Source of the DNA: Nemertoderma westbladi
Lineage: Eukaryota; Animalia; Xenacoelomorpha
DNA length: 64,000 nucleotides
Direction: 5' to 3'
Assembly: GCA_032718475.1 (NCBI GenBank)
Contig: JAUCBJ010007494.1
Location: 1-64,000 of the forward strand
This document shows, piece after piece, positions 34,148-47,095 of this stretch. The position numbers were made by a program, and so were the translations under genes. The number at the start of each line of letters is the position of its first letter. The stretch's first letter is position 1. The notes under the pieces are model-generated. The model was not told where the DNA came from. It was given only the letters and a program-made list of their open reading frames with translations, and made no database searches.

Positions 34148-35508
34148 TGACGGAGTTGATGGAAGATGTTCTTGGTATCGGGGAGCGATATACTCTACTT
34201 TTGCAAGCGTTTGTTGATAGCTTAATACGCGGCGACGTTAGTCCAACTGCTGCGGAGGACGATGGTCGTTATATCGAACCGCCAATGTCCCAAGAGCAGC
34301 TCACGCGTGAGTTGGACTATAGAAAATTCGCTGCTCGATATACGCGGCGTAATGGTATGTATATGGGCTTCTTAACTACTGGTCATCCTATCGATTTACA
34401 CAATACGGACTATGTCGACTATATATCCTGCCCAGCGGAGTCGGAACCATAAACGGAAATTCGAATGCGAAAATTCTATTCGAAATCGACTCGAAAGAAA
34501 AGACACTTAAGAAACAAATGGACGCGGTAACTCCAAAGTATATTTGGAATTCTTGATAGAAGCATTGTAACAACAAATAAATGTCACCCGCGTTTACCCT
34601 ACCAGACGTGCGTCTTTGGTATTATTACGATAAAAGCCCTAGACCCAAATAATAAACGGAAAGACATAAACATCCATGTAAACCGAAACTTGTTGACGTA
34701 TCACCTATGCTCACTCGGCTCGAACGATCCTGGAGTAAACCTACGATCAGAGTCCCGGAATACTCGGTCAAACCTCCTCATTCCTTAGTTGGACCTCAGA
34801 CTTGCGATCCTGGTGGTGTCGCGGATCCTCGCGGACGGTATTCACTGTTCAAGATCTAGTGCTACCCTAACAATTAATCGGTAACACTCCGACAGTGATT
34901 TCTAGCTAGCCGCCCATCTTACCTAGCTGGATTATGACGCAGACACCTAATATCATTATCCAATCGTATGGTCGTCCCGTTTAACGCGATACAACCCTTC
35001 ATCAAGGTGAAGGAGAGCATTGTACGAAACGAGTTAAACGCTATTCTATAAAGATCAAAAAGGAAACCTGCGTTTGTTCAGATAAACGTAAGTTATAACA
35101 GTAAGTCCAATCGATAAACGAATTGGCCTTATCTCAATTCGATTGGGAAATCCAGAATCTCTAAGAAGTTATCGAACTTGGACGATCCTATTCTCTGCGA
35201 GAGTTTTTGGATGAACGTATCCAGCTACGAGCGGAGGAAAATCAGCTCGAGGAGAAGCATATCGAAACGGCAGATACCCCGACCACAATCCTACACCTTC
35301 TGATGCAATCATATTGCACCCTTCACCCAGGAGTTATGGCCCTCCTAGTAAAGTGGCTCCCCCCAAAGAGAAAAAGACTCTTGCTAGCCTCAAAAAACTG
35401 CGTAAACGCCGTCTGCGTAAGAAAGACTAACTGTTTAGAGTATCTTTATGTTTTAGAAACTGTGATTTTTATATTTTATAGACTGAAAATCCCATTTTCT
35501 GGGAGCGG
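34148..35508 (+). pseudogene. Element B ORF2, degenerate (deletions and stops)
   Basis: MTELMEDVLGIGERYTL...QEQLTRELDYRKF and ...LHPGVMALLVKWL...ASKNCVNAV are homologous to ORF2 of A. Confidence 0.7.
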
Positions 35509-36737
35509 TGTAAAAGCTTTTACTGAATTGTCCGGTTATTTTTCCTTATTTTTCCCGTAAAGTACTCTGTAGTTGGTTTACCAGGCATAAAAAGGCCGTG
35601 TCCTTGCTGTACTGGTGTTTTAGCGGACATAAGAGCTATTTCTTCTGTATTTGTACTTTAGAGGACATAATCCGTAATTCCGTGACGTAAAAGCACGATA
35701 CTCTTGAAAACAGTGTCGCTACCATGACGACGGCTAGCAGCTGATATTGCCACGTCGACGTTTCTTTGTTTCTCTGTTCTCTCGTTGTTCAGGTTGACCA
35801 ATCAGAGCGTTTGTTATCTCTGTGTTGGAGGTATATACAGAAACTCAGTAGTTCAGTGTTATTGTTTTTGTCCAGAGCCTAAGAACCGGCTTTGGCACCT
35901 CCGTGTTTTAGTTTTTAGTCTTACACTAGTAGGTTTAATTATAAAGGGCATATATCCTTTAACGCACCTACCTGACTCATGGAATCACTGCATACTGATG
36001 ACTGATGTCTGCATACTGCAGTACTGCATACACTGCATACTGTGTAACATTGTGCATACCTTTATATTGTTATACTGCTATTTACCGTCAGTTCTTCATA
36101 ATATGGTTGATGAATAATTATATTTGGAATAACGATAAACAACCCCGAAACCCAATGTTCTTGATATACCGAAGGTAAGAGAGAAGGGTTACAGATAAAC
36201 GATTGTGACTTATGTTAAAGTGGTTTGAAGTGAATCTAATGTTATTTGATAGACCCTACATGAGCCAGTCTGTGTTCCTTATATATGTGACTAAAATCAG
36301 TGAAGATCGGCAGATTAGTGTGCAGTATTGTGCAGCATTGTGTATGAGTGAGTCTGTTAAAGAAGCATTCCTAAAGAATGCGCCATATATGTGAATTATA
36401 ATTAAGCCATATCGTTGTGAGTGGTTTAAGTCATAACTCTGTTTATATAGATAAAGCGCCACGTCCTAAAGGAACTGTTAATATTCCCGAAGGTGAATAA
36501 TATTGTCAGAGATTATATAATACTGTCAGTCGAATAATACATTAGGCTTACATAGCAATAAAATTAAACCGTCGAACCCAATCTCCCGGGAATTTCCAGC
36601 GGGTGAATGGTCGCGCACGGATTGGTTTCGACTAGTGTAGTGAATCAAATACTTGTCATAGACTAAAAACTGATTTAATATCTAGAAGACATCTTAATTT
36701 GGTGGGTTAAACTGCCAAAGGTCTGAAAGCGCGAACA
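35509..36737 (+). repeat. 3' LTR of element B
   Basis: Matches the 5' LTR; I spotted one substitution (CACGTTGACG vs CACGTCGACG). Confidence 0.97.
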
Positions 36738-37366
36738 CAATTAGTCGGTGGCACCCCGGTTGTGGGCTTCCTAGATATTAGCCCATCCTACCTAGCCGGA
36801 TTGGGACGCGGACATTTAATATCGCCGTTTAACTCTTACCATCGTCCCGGTTTAACACCGATACAACCTGTCACCAAAGTGGAGGAGAGCGTTGTACCAA
36901 ACGCGTTAGACGCTATTCTACAAAAGATCAGAAAAGGAACCTATGCTTGTTCAGATAAACGTAAATTGCACTAGCAAGTCCAAGCGGTAAACAAAGTAAC
37001 TTTATCTCAGTTCGATCGGGAAATCCAGAATCTCTAAGAAGTTATCGAACTTGGACGACCCTATTCTCCGCAAGAATTTTTGGACGGACACATCCAACGA
37101 CAAGCGGAGGAAAATCAGCTTGAGGAGAAGCATATCAAAATGGACGAGACACCGACCGTAACCCTAAACCTTCTGATGCAATTGTATTGCACCCTTCACC
37201 CAGGAGTTATAGCCCTCCTAGTAAAGTGGCTCGCCCCAAAGAGAAAAGGACTCTTGCTAGCCTCAAAAAACTGCGTAAACGCCGTCCGCGCAAGAAAGAC
37301 TAACTGTTTACAGTATTTTTATATTATAGAAACTGTATAGAATTAAATCCCATTGTCTGGGAGCGG

Positions 37367-38554
37367 TGTAAAAGCTTTTGCGGGATGTAACTGGCCCTTT
37401 TTCTCCGCAATCCAGTTTTCCCTCAATGCGCTCAAATACTCTAAAACTGCCTGGCTTGAGTGACGCAGTCTGCTGGCTGATTGGCTGATTTGCTGTGCGT
37501 GTATGGCCTCTTTGTTCTGTTCGATCAACCAATCAGAACAATGATCGACCAATCAGAGCGATTTCGCCTTGTGTTGGCTGTGGGCTGCAAAGGCTAGGGT
37601 GGTTTGGCATTTAGACATTCGTGGAACCTGTGGAATATGGAGCTCCGCCAATGAGAGCTATTTCTCTTTGTGTTGAAAGATACCTACAACAGCCCACAGG
37701 GATCAGTGTGTTGGTTTTCCAGATGCCTGAACATCGGCTATGGAATAATTATGTGTTTCAGACTTTAGCCAAACATTAGAACGGCTTTGATTACCGGAAC
37801 GTATAACTGTTATCAAACCAATGCATGACTCGCATACCTGGCATATCAGACTCAGTATATGCCTTTCACCACATTATTTTACTGCTATTTACTGTCGGTT
37901 GTTAATTGTATCTGTTGATGGAATATTGTTATATTTGGATAATATCGATAAATAATCATAAAACCCCATCTTCTTGATATACTGAAGGTAAGAGACCGGT
38001 TACATATAGCAATTGCGACTTATATGATATTGGTTTTGGAGTGAATCTAATGCTATTTCATAGGCACTACATGGGTCAATTGCTGTTCTCTTTATATGTG
38101 ACTAAAATTAGTGAAGGTCGGCATATCAGTGTGCAGTATTATGCGGTACCGGTAGTGTGCATGATTGTGACAGATAACTAAGCATCTCCTAAAGAATGCG
38201 CCTTATACGTAAATCAATAGCCATCCCGTTGTGTTTAGTGTAAGTCATAGGTCTATTTATATATTTAGAGCGCCACGTCCAAAAGGAACTGTTAATATCT
38301 CCCGAAAGTGAATAATATTTGTCAGAGATTATATATTAACGATCAATCGAATAATACAGTAGGCCTACACCACAATAAGGTCAGAGCCCCCGAATCCAGT
38401 CTCCCGGGTATATCCAACGGGTGAATGGTCGCGCATAGGCTGGCTTCGGCTAATGTAGTGTATCAAATACTCGTCATAGGCTAAAGTCGATTTATAATCT
38501 AGAAGACACCTAAATTAGGCGGGTTAAACTGCCTAAGGTCTAAAAGCGCGAACA
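37367..38554 (+). repeat. 3' LTR of element A (diverged subfamily)
   Basis: GGGAGCGG|TGTAAAAGCTTTT...AAAGCGCGAACA; 3' two-thirds alignable to the B LTR. Confidence 0.92.
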
Positions 38555-41500
38555 CTGGTGGAAGGGTGGAGCTGGATCCACAGCGGGTGGTATAGGGAGG
38601 AGCAGTTGGATAGGGCTGAGGCTGGTGGAAGGGTGGAGCTGAGCCACAGCGGGTGTTATAGGGAGGAGCAGTTGGAATGGGCGGCGGCTGGTGGAAGGGT
38701 GGAGCTGTAGCTACAGCTGGTGGTAGGGAGGATGAGTTGGATTGGGCTGAGGCTGGTGGAAGGGTGGAGCTGGAGCCACAGCGGGTGGTATAGAGAGGAG
38801 CAGTTGGATTGGGCTGAGGCTGGTGGAAGTGTGGAGCTGGAGCCACAGCGGGTGGTATAGGGAGGAGCAGTTGGATTGGGCTGAAGCTGGTGGAAAGGTG
38901 GAGCTGGAGCCACAGCGGGTGGTATAGGGGGGAGCAGTTGGATTGGGCTGAGGCTGGTGGAAGGGTGGAGCTGGAGCCACAGCGGGTGGTATAGAGAGGA
39001 GCAGTTGGATTGGGCTGAGGCTGGTGGAAGTGTGGAGCTGGAGCCACAGCGGGTGGTATAGGGAGGAGCAGTTGGATTGGGCTGAGGCTGGTGGAAGGGT
39101 GGAGCTGGAGCCACAGCGGGTGGTATAGAGAGGAGCAGTTGGATTGGGCTGAGGCTGGTGGAAGTGTGGAGCTGGAGCCACAGCGGGTGGTATAGGGAGG
39201 AGCAGTTGGATTGGGCTGAAGCTGGTGGAAAGGTGGAGCTGGAGCCACAGCGGGTGGTATAGGGGGGAGCAGTTGGATTGGGCTGAGGCTGATGGAAGGG
39301 TGGAGATGGAGCCACAGCGGGTGGTATAGGGAGGAGCAGTTTGATAGGGCTGAGGCTGGTGGGAGGGTGGAGCTGGAGCCACTGCGTGTGGCATAGGGAG
39401 GGGCAGTTGGATTGGGCTGAGGATGATGGAAAAGTGGAGCTGGAGCCACTGCGTGTGGCATAGGGAGGAGCAGTTGGATTGGGCTGAGGCTGGTAGAATG
39501 GTGGAGCTGGAGCTACAGCGGGTGTTATAGGGAGGAGCAGTTGGATTGGGCTGAGGCTGGTGGAAGGGTGGAGCTGGAGCCACAGCGGGTGGTATAGGGA
39601 GGAGCAGTTGGATTGGGCTGAGGCTGGTGGAAGGGTGGAGCTGGAGCCACAGCGGGTGGTATAGAGAGGAGCAGTTGGATTGGGCTGAGGCTGGTGGAAG
39701 TGTGGAGCTGGAGCCACAGCGGGTGGTATAGGGAGGAGCAGTTGGATTGTGCTGAGGCTGGTGGAAGGGTGGAGCTGGAGCCACAGCGGGTGGTATAGGG
39801 GGGAGCAGTTGGATTGGGCTGAGGCTGATGGAAGGGTGGAGCTGGAGCCACAGCGGGTGGTATAGGGAGGAGCAGTTGCATTGGGCTGAGGCTGGTGGGA
39901 GGGTGGAGCTGCAGCCACAGCGGGTGGTATAGGGAGGGGCAGTTGGATTGGGCTGAGGATGATGGAAAAGTGGAGCTGGAGCCACTGCGTGTGGCATAGG
40001 GAGGAGCAGTTGGATTGGGCTGTGGCTGGTGGAAGGGTGGAGCTGGAGCCACAGCGGGTGGTATAGAGAGGAGCAGTTGGATTGGGCTGAGGCTGGTGGA
40101 AGTGTGGAGCTGGAGCCACAGCGGGTGGTATAGGGAGGAGCAGTTGGATTGGGCTGAGGCTGGTGGAAAGGTGGAGCTGGCGCCACAGCGGGTGGTATAA
40201 GGAGGAGCAGTTGGATTGGGCTGAGGCTGGTGGAAGGGTGGAGCTGGATCCACAACGGGTGGTATTGGGAGGAACAGTTGGATAGGGCTGAGGCTGGTGG
40301 AAGGGTGGAGCTGGATCCACAGCGGGTGGTATAGGGGGGAGCAGTTGGATAGGGCTGAGGCTGGTGGAAGGGTGGAGCTGAGCCATAGCGGGTGTTATAG
40401 GGAGGAGCAGTTGGAATGGGCGGCGGCTGGTGGAAGGGTGGAGCTGTAGCTACAGCTGGTGGTAGGGAGGATCAGTTGGATTGGGCTGAGGCTGGTGGAA
40501 GGGTGGAGCTGAGCATCAGCGGGTGTTATAGGGAGGAGCAATTGGATAGGGCTGAGGCTGGTGGAAGGGTGGAGCTGCAGCCACAGTGGGTGGTATAGGG
40601 AGGAGCAGTTGGATTGGGCTGAGTCTGGTGGGAGGGTGGAGCTGGAGCCACAGCGGGTGGCATAGGGAGGAGCAGTTGGATTGGGCTGAGGCTTGTGGAA
40701 GGGTGGAGCTGGAGCCACAGCGGGTGGTATAGGGAGGAGCAGTTGGATTGGGCTGAGGCTGGTGGAAGGGTGGAGCTGGAGCTGGAGCCACAGCGGGTGG
40801 TATAGGGAGGAGCAGTTGGATTGGGCTGAGGCTGGTGGAAGGGTGGAGCTGGAGCCACAGCGGGTGGTATAGAGAGGAGAAGTTGGATTGGGCTGAGGCT
40901 GGTGGAAGTGTGAAGCTGGAGCCACAGCGGGTGGTATAGGGAGGAGCAGTTGGATTGGGCTGAGGCTGGTGGAAAGGTGGAGCTGGAGCCACAGCGGGTG
41001 GTATAGGGGGGAGCAGTTGGATTGGGCTGAGGCTGGTGGAAGGGTGGAGCTGAGCAACAGCGGGTGTTATAGGGAGGAGCAATTGGATAGGGCTGAGGCT
41101 GGTGGAAGGGTGGAGCTGCAGCCACAGTGGGTGGTATAGGGAGGAGCAGTTGGATTGGGCTGAGTCTGGTGGGAGGGTGGAGCTGGAGCCACAGCGGGTG
41201 GCATAGGGAGGAGCAGTTGGATTGGGCTGAGGCTTGTGGAAGGGTGGAGCTGGAGCCACAGCGGGTGGTATAGGGAGGAGCAGTTGGATTGGGCTGAGGC
41301 TGGTGGAAGGGTGGAGCTGGAGCTGGAGCCACAGCGGGTGGTATAGGGAGGAGCAGTTGGATTGGGCTGAGGCTGGTGGAAGGGTGGAGCTGGAGCCACA
41401 GCGGGTGGTATAGAGAGGAGCAGTTGGATTGGGCTGAGGCTGGTGGAAGTGTGAAGCTGGAGCCACAGCGGGTGGTATAGGGAGGAGCAGTTGGATTGGG

Positions 41501-44500
41501 CTGAGGCTGGTGGAAAGGTGGAGCTGGAGCCACAGCGGGTGGTATAGGGGGGAGCAGTTGGATTGGGCTGAGGCTGATGGAAGGGTGGAGCTGGAGCCAC
41601 AGCGGGTGGTATAGGGAGGAGCAGTTGGATTGGGCTGAGGCTGGTGGAAGTGTGGAGCTGGAGCCACAGCGGGTGGTATAGGGAGGAGCAGTTGGATTGG
41701 GCTGAGGCTGGTGGAAGGGTGGAGCTGGAGCCACAGCGGGTGGTATAGAGAGGAGCAGTTGGATTGGGCTGAGGCTGGTGGAAGTGTGGAGCTGGAGCCA
41801 CAGCGGGTGGTATAGGGAGGAGCAGTTGGATTGGGCTGAGGCTGGTGGAAGGGTGGAGCTGGAGCCACAGCGGGTGGTATAGGGGGGATCAGTTGGATTG
41901 GGCTGAAGCTGATGGAAGGGTGGAGCTGGAGCCACAGCGGGTGGTATAGGGAGGAGCAGTTGGATTGGGCTGAGGCTGGTGGGAGGGTGGAGCTGCAGCC
42001 ACAGCGGGTGGTATAGGGAGGGGCAGTTGGATTGGGCTGAAGCTGGTGGAAGGGTGGAGCTGGATCCACAACGGGTGGTATTGGGAGGAACAGTTGGATA
42101 GGGCTGAGGCTGGTGGAAGGGTGGAGCTGGATCCACAGCGGGTGGTATAGGGAGGAGCAGTTGGATAGGGCTGAGGCTGGTGGAAGGGTGGAGCTGAGCC
42201 ACAGCGGGTGTTATAGGGAGGAGCAGTTGGAATGGGCTGCGGCTGGTGGAAGGGTGGAGCTGTAGCTACAGCTGGTGGTAGGGAGGATCAGTTGGATTGG
42301 GCTGAGGCTGGTGGAAGGGTGGAGCTGAGCAACAGCGGGTGTTATAGGGAGGAGCAATTGGATAGGGCTGAGGCTGGTGGAAGGGTGGAGCTGCAGCCAC
42401 AGTGGGTGGTATAGGGAGGAGCAGTTGGATTGGGCTGAGTCTGGTGGGAGGGTGGAGCTGGAGCCACAGCGGGTGGCATAGGGAGTAGCAGTTGGATTGG
42501 GCTGAGGCTTGTGGAAGGGTGGAGCTGGAGCCACAGCGGGTGGTATAGGGAGGAGCAGTTGGATTGGGCTGAGGCTGGTGGAAGGGTGGAGCTGGAGCCA
42601 CAGCGGGTGGTATAGAGAGGAACAGTTGGATTGGGCTGAGGCTGGTGGAAGTGTGGAGCTGGAGCCACAGCGGGTGGTATAGGGAGGAGCAGTTGGATTG
42701 GGCTGAGGCTGGTGGAAGAGTGGAGCTGGAGCCACAGCGGGTGGTATAGGGAGGAGCAGTTGGATTGGGCTGAGGCTAGTGGAAGGGTGGAGCTGGAGCT
42801 GGAGCCACAGCGGGTGGTATAGGGAGGAGCAGTTGGATTGGGCTGAGGCTGGTGGAAGGGTGGAGCTGGAGCCACAGCGGGTGGTATAGAGAGGAGCAGT
42901 TGGATTGGGCTGAGGCTGGTGGAAGTGTGGAGCTGGAGCCACAGCGGGTGGTATAGGGAGGAGCAGTTGGATTGGGCTGAGGCTGGTGGAAGGGTGGAGC
43001 TGGAGCCACAGCGGGTGGCATAGGGGGGAGCAGTTGGATTGGGCTGAGGCTGATGGAAGGGTGGAGCTGGAGCCACAGCGGGTGGTATAGGGAGGAGCAG
43101 TTGGATTGGGCTGAGGCTGGTGGGAGGGTGGAGCTGCAGCCACAGCGGGTGGTATAGGGAGGGGCAGTTGGATTGGGCTGAGGATGATGGAAAAGTTGAG
43201 CTGGAGCCACTGCGTCTGGCATAGGGAGGAGCAGTTGGATTGGGCTGAGGCTGGTAGAATGGTGGAGCTGGAGCCACAGCGGGTGTTATAGGGAGGAGCA
43301 GTTGGATTTGGCTGAGGCTGGTGGAAGGGTGGAGCTGGAGCCACAGCGGGTGGTATAGGGAGGAGCAGTTGGATTGGGCTGAGGCTGGTGGAAGGGTGGA
43401 GCTGGAGCCACAGCGGGTGGTATAGAGAGGAGCAGTTGGATTGGGCTGAGGCTGGTGGAAGTGTGGAGCTGGAGCCACAGCGGGTGGTATAGGGGGGAGG
43501 AGTTGGATTGGGCTGAGGCTGATGGAAGGGTGGAGCTGGAGCCACAGCGGGTGGTATAGGGAGGAGCAGTTGGATTGGGCTGAGGCTGGTGGGAGGGTGG
43601 AGCTGCAGCCACAGCGGGTGGTATAGGGAGGGGCAGTTGGATTGGGCTGAGGATGATGGAAAAGTGGAGCTGGAGCCTCTGCGTGTGGCATAGGGAGGAG
43701 CAGTTGGATTGGGCTGAGGCTGGTAGAATGGTGGAGCTGGAGCCACAGCGGGTGTTATAGGGAGGGGCAGTTGGATTGGGCTGAGGCTGGTGGAAGGGTG
43801 GAGCTGGTGCCACAGCGGGTGGCATAGGGAGGAGCAGTTGGATTGGGCTGAGGCTTGTGGAAGGTTGGAGCTTGAGCCACAGCGGGTGTTATAGGGAGGA
43901 GCAGTTGGATTGGGCTGAGCCTGGTGGTAGGGTGGAGCTGGAGCCACAGCGGGTGGCATAGGGAGGAGCAGTTGGATTGGGCTGAAGCTTGTGGAAGGGT
44001 GGAGCTGGAGCCACAGCGGGTGGTATAGGGAGGAGCAGTTGGATTGGGCTGATGCTGGTGGAAGGGTGGAGCTGGAGCCACAGCGGGTGGTATAGAGAGG
44101 AGCAGTTGGATTGGGCTAAGGCTGGTGGAAGTGTGGAGCTGGAGCCACAGCGGGTGGTATAGGGAGGGGCAGTTGGATTGGGCTGAGGCTGGTGGAAGGG
44201 TAGAGCTGGAGCCACAGCGGGTGGTATAGGGGGGAGCAGTTGGATTGGGCTGAGGCTGGTGGAAGGGTGGAGCTGGAGCCACAGCGGGTGGTATAGGGAG
44301 GAGCAGTTGGATTGGGCTGAGACTGGTGGGAGGGTGGAGCTGCAGCCACAGCGGGTGGTATAGGGAGGGGCAGTTGGATTGGGCTGAGGCTGGTGGTAGG
44401 GTGGAGCTGGAACTACAGTGGGTGGTATAGGGAGGAGCAGTTGGATTGGGCTGAGGCTGGTGGAAGGGTGGAGCTGGAGCCACAGCAGATGGTATAGGGA

Positions 44501-47095
44501 GGAGCAGTTGGATTGGGCTGAGGCTGGTGGAAGGGTGGAGCTGGAGCCACAGCGGGTGGTATATGGAGGAGCAGTTGGAAAGGGCTGAGTCTGGTGGAAG
44601 GGTGGAGCTGGAGCCACAGTGGGTGGTATAGAGAGGATTAGTTGGATTGGGCTGAGGCTGGTGGAAGGGTGGAGCTGAGCCACAGCGGGTGTTATAGGGA
44701 GGAACAGTTGGATTGGGCTGAGGCTGATGGAAAAGTGGAGCTGGAGCCACTGCGTGTGGCATAGGGAGGAGCAGTTGGATTGGGCTGAGGCTGGTGGAAG
44801 GGTGGAGCTGGATCCACAGCGGGTGGTATAGGGAGGAGCAGTTGGATAAAGCTGAGGTTGGTGGAAGGGTGGAGCTGGAGCTACAGCGGGTGGTATAGGG
44901 AGGATCAGTTGGATTGGGCAGAGGCTGGTGGAAAGGTGGAGCTGGCGCCACAGCGGGTGGTATAAGGAGGAGCAGTTGGATTGGGCTGAGGCTGGTGGAA
45001 GGGTGGAGCTGGATCCACAACGGGTGGTATTGGGAGGAACAGTTGGATAGGGCTGAGGCTGGTGGAAGGGTGGACCTGGATCCACAGCGGGTGGTATAGG
45101 GAGGAGCAGTTGGATAGGGCTGAGGCTGGTGGAAGGGTGGAGCTGAGCCACAGCGGGTGTTATAGGGAAGAGCAGTTGGATTGAGCTGCGGCTGGTGGAA
45201 GGGTGGAGCTGTAGCAACAGCGGGTGTTATAGGGAGGAGCAATTGGATAGGGCTGAGGCTGGTGGAAGGGTGGAGCTGGAGCTACATCGGGTGGTATAGG
45301 GAGGATCAGTTGGATTGGGCTGAGGATGGTGGAAGGGTGGAGCTGGATCCACAGCGGGTGGTATAGGGAGGAGCAGTTGGATAGGGCTGAGGCTGGTGGA
45401 AGGGTGGAGCTGGAGCTACAGCGGGTGGTATAGGGAGGAGCAGTTGGATTGGGCTGAGGCTGGTGGAAGGGTGGAGCTGGAGCCCCAGCGGGTGGTATAG
45501 GGAGGAGCAGTTGGATTGGGCTGTGGCTGGTGGAAGGGTGGAGCTGGAGCCACAGAAGGTGTTATAGGTAGGAGCAGTTGGATTGAGCTAAAGCTGGTGG
45601 AGCTGGAGCCACAGCGGGTGTTATAGGGATGGGGCAGTTGGATTGGGCTGAGGCTGGTGGAAGGGTGGAGCTTGAGCCACAGCGGGTGGTATAGGGAGGA
45701 GCAGTTGGATTGGGCTGAGGCTCGTGGGAGGGTGGAGCTGGAGCCACAGCGGGTGGTATAGAGAGGAGCAGTTGGATTGTGCAGAGGCTGGTGGAAGGGT
45801 GGAGCTGGAGCCACAGCGGGCGGTATAGGGAGGAGCAGTTGGATTGGACTGAAGCTGGTGGAGCTGGAGCCACAGCGGGTGTTATTGGGCGGAGCAGTTG
45901 GATTGGGCTGAGGCTGGTGGAAGGGTGGAGCTGGAGCTACAGCGGGTGGTATAGGGAGGATCAGTTGGATTGGGCTGTGGCTGGTGGAATGGTGGAGCTG
46001 GATCCACAGCGGGTGGTATAGGGAGGAGCAGTTGGATAGGGCTGAGGCTGGTGGAAGGGTGGAGCTGGAGCTACAGCGGGTGGTATAGGAAGAATCAGTT
46101 GGATTGGGCTGAGGCTGGTGGAAGGGTAGAGCTGAGCCACAGCGGGTGTTATAGGGAGGAGCAGTTGGATAGGGCTGAGGCTGATGGAAGGGTGGAGCTG
46201 GAGCCACATCGGGTGTTATAGGGAGGAGCAGTTGGATTGGGCTGAGGCTGGTGGAAGGGTGGAGCTGGATCCACAGTGGGTGGTATAGGGAGGAGCAGTT
46301 GGATAGGGCTGAGTCTGGTGGAAGGGTGGAGCTGGAGCCACAGCGGGTGGTATAGAGAGGATCAGTTGGATTGGGCTGAGGCTGATGGAAGGGTGGAGCT
46401 GAGCCACAGCGGGTGTTATAGGGAGGAGCAGTTGGATTGGGCTGAGGCTGATGGAAAAGTGGAGCTGGAGCCACTGCGTGTGGCATAGGGAGGAGCAGTT
46501 GGATTGGGCTGAGTCTGGTGGAAGGGTGGAGCTGGAGCCACAGCGGGTGGTATAGGGAGGGGCAGTTGGATTGGGCTGGGGCTGGTGGAAGGGTGGAGCT
46601 GGAGTTACAGCGGGTGGTATAGGGAGGAGCAGTTGCATTGGGCTGAGGCTGGTGGAAGTGTGGAGCTGGAGCCACAGCGGGTGTTATAGGGAGGAGCAGT
46701 TGGATTGGGCTGAGGCTGGTGGAAGGGTGGAGCCACAGCGGGTGTTATTGGGAGGAGCAGTTGGATTGGGCTGAGGTTGGTGGAAGGGTGGAGCTGGAGC
46801 CACAGCGGGTGGTATAGGGAGGAGCAGTGGGATGGGGCTGAGGCTGGTGGAAGGGTGGAGCTGGAGCCACAGCGGGTGGTATAGGGAGGAGCTGTTGGAT
46901 TGGGCTGAGGCTGTTGGAAGGGTGGAGCTGGAGCCACAGCGGGTGGTATAGAGAGGAGCAGTTGGATTGTGCAGAGGCTGGTGGAAGGGTGGAGCTGGAG
47001 CCACAGCGGGCGGTATAGGGAGGAGCAGTTGGATTGGGCTGAGGTTGGTGGAAGGGTGGAGCTGAGCCACAGCGGGTGGTATAGAGAGGAGCGGT
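38555..47095. repeat. 67-bp G-rich tandem satellite, ~8.5 kb (roughly 125-130 units)
   Basis: Unit CTGGTGGAAGGGTGGAGCTGGAGCCACAGCGGGTGGTATAGGGAGGAGCAGTTGGATTGGGCTGAGG, with 62-bp and 73-bp variants. Confidence 0.98.

Larger units (their letters stand above)
24989..36737 (+). mobile_element. Full-length non-autonomous BEL/Pao-derived LTR element B (11.75 kb)
   Basis: Two 1229-bp TG...CA LTRs, 5-bp TSD CAATT (24984-24988 and 36738-36742), PPT GGGAGCGG at 35501-35508. Confidence 0.96.
24023..37340 (+). pseudogene. Element A ORF2, unknown protein (24023-24988 plus 36743-37340, split by element B)
   Basis: MTELIEDDLG... with a frameshift near 24165, then ...DLVLPEQ|LVGGTPVVGFLDIS... stays in frame once B and one TSD are removed; two in-frame stops near 36972 and 37035. 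Confidence 0.7.
20958..38554 (+). mobile_element. BEL/Pao-derived element A, 5'-deleted and interrupted by element B (A = 20958-24988 plus 36743-38554)
   Basis: Colinear with the 3' half of B; sequence resumes seamlessly after B; PPT GGGAGCGG then its own 3' LTR. Confidence 0.88.

Noticed and set aside
38555-47095. CRISPR array, or functional Chi sites (GCTGGTGG occurs in most units)
   Set aside because: There are no unique spacers and no cas genes; Chi is an E. coli RecBCD signal and this is eukaryotic G-rich DNA
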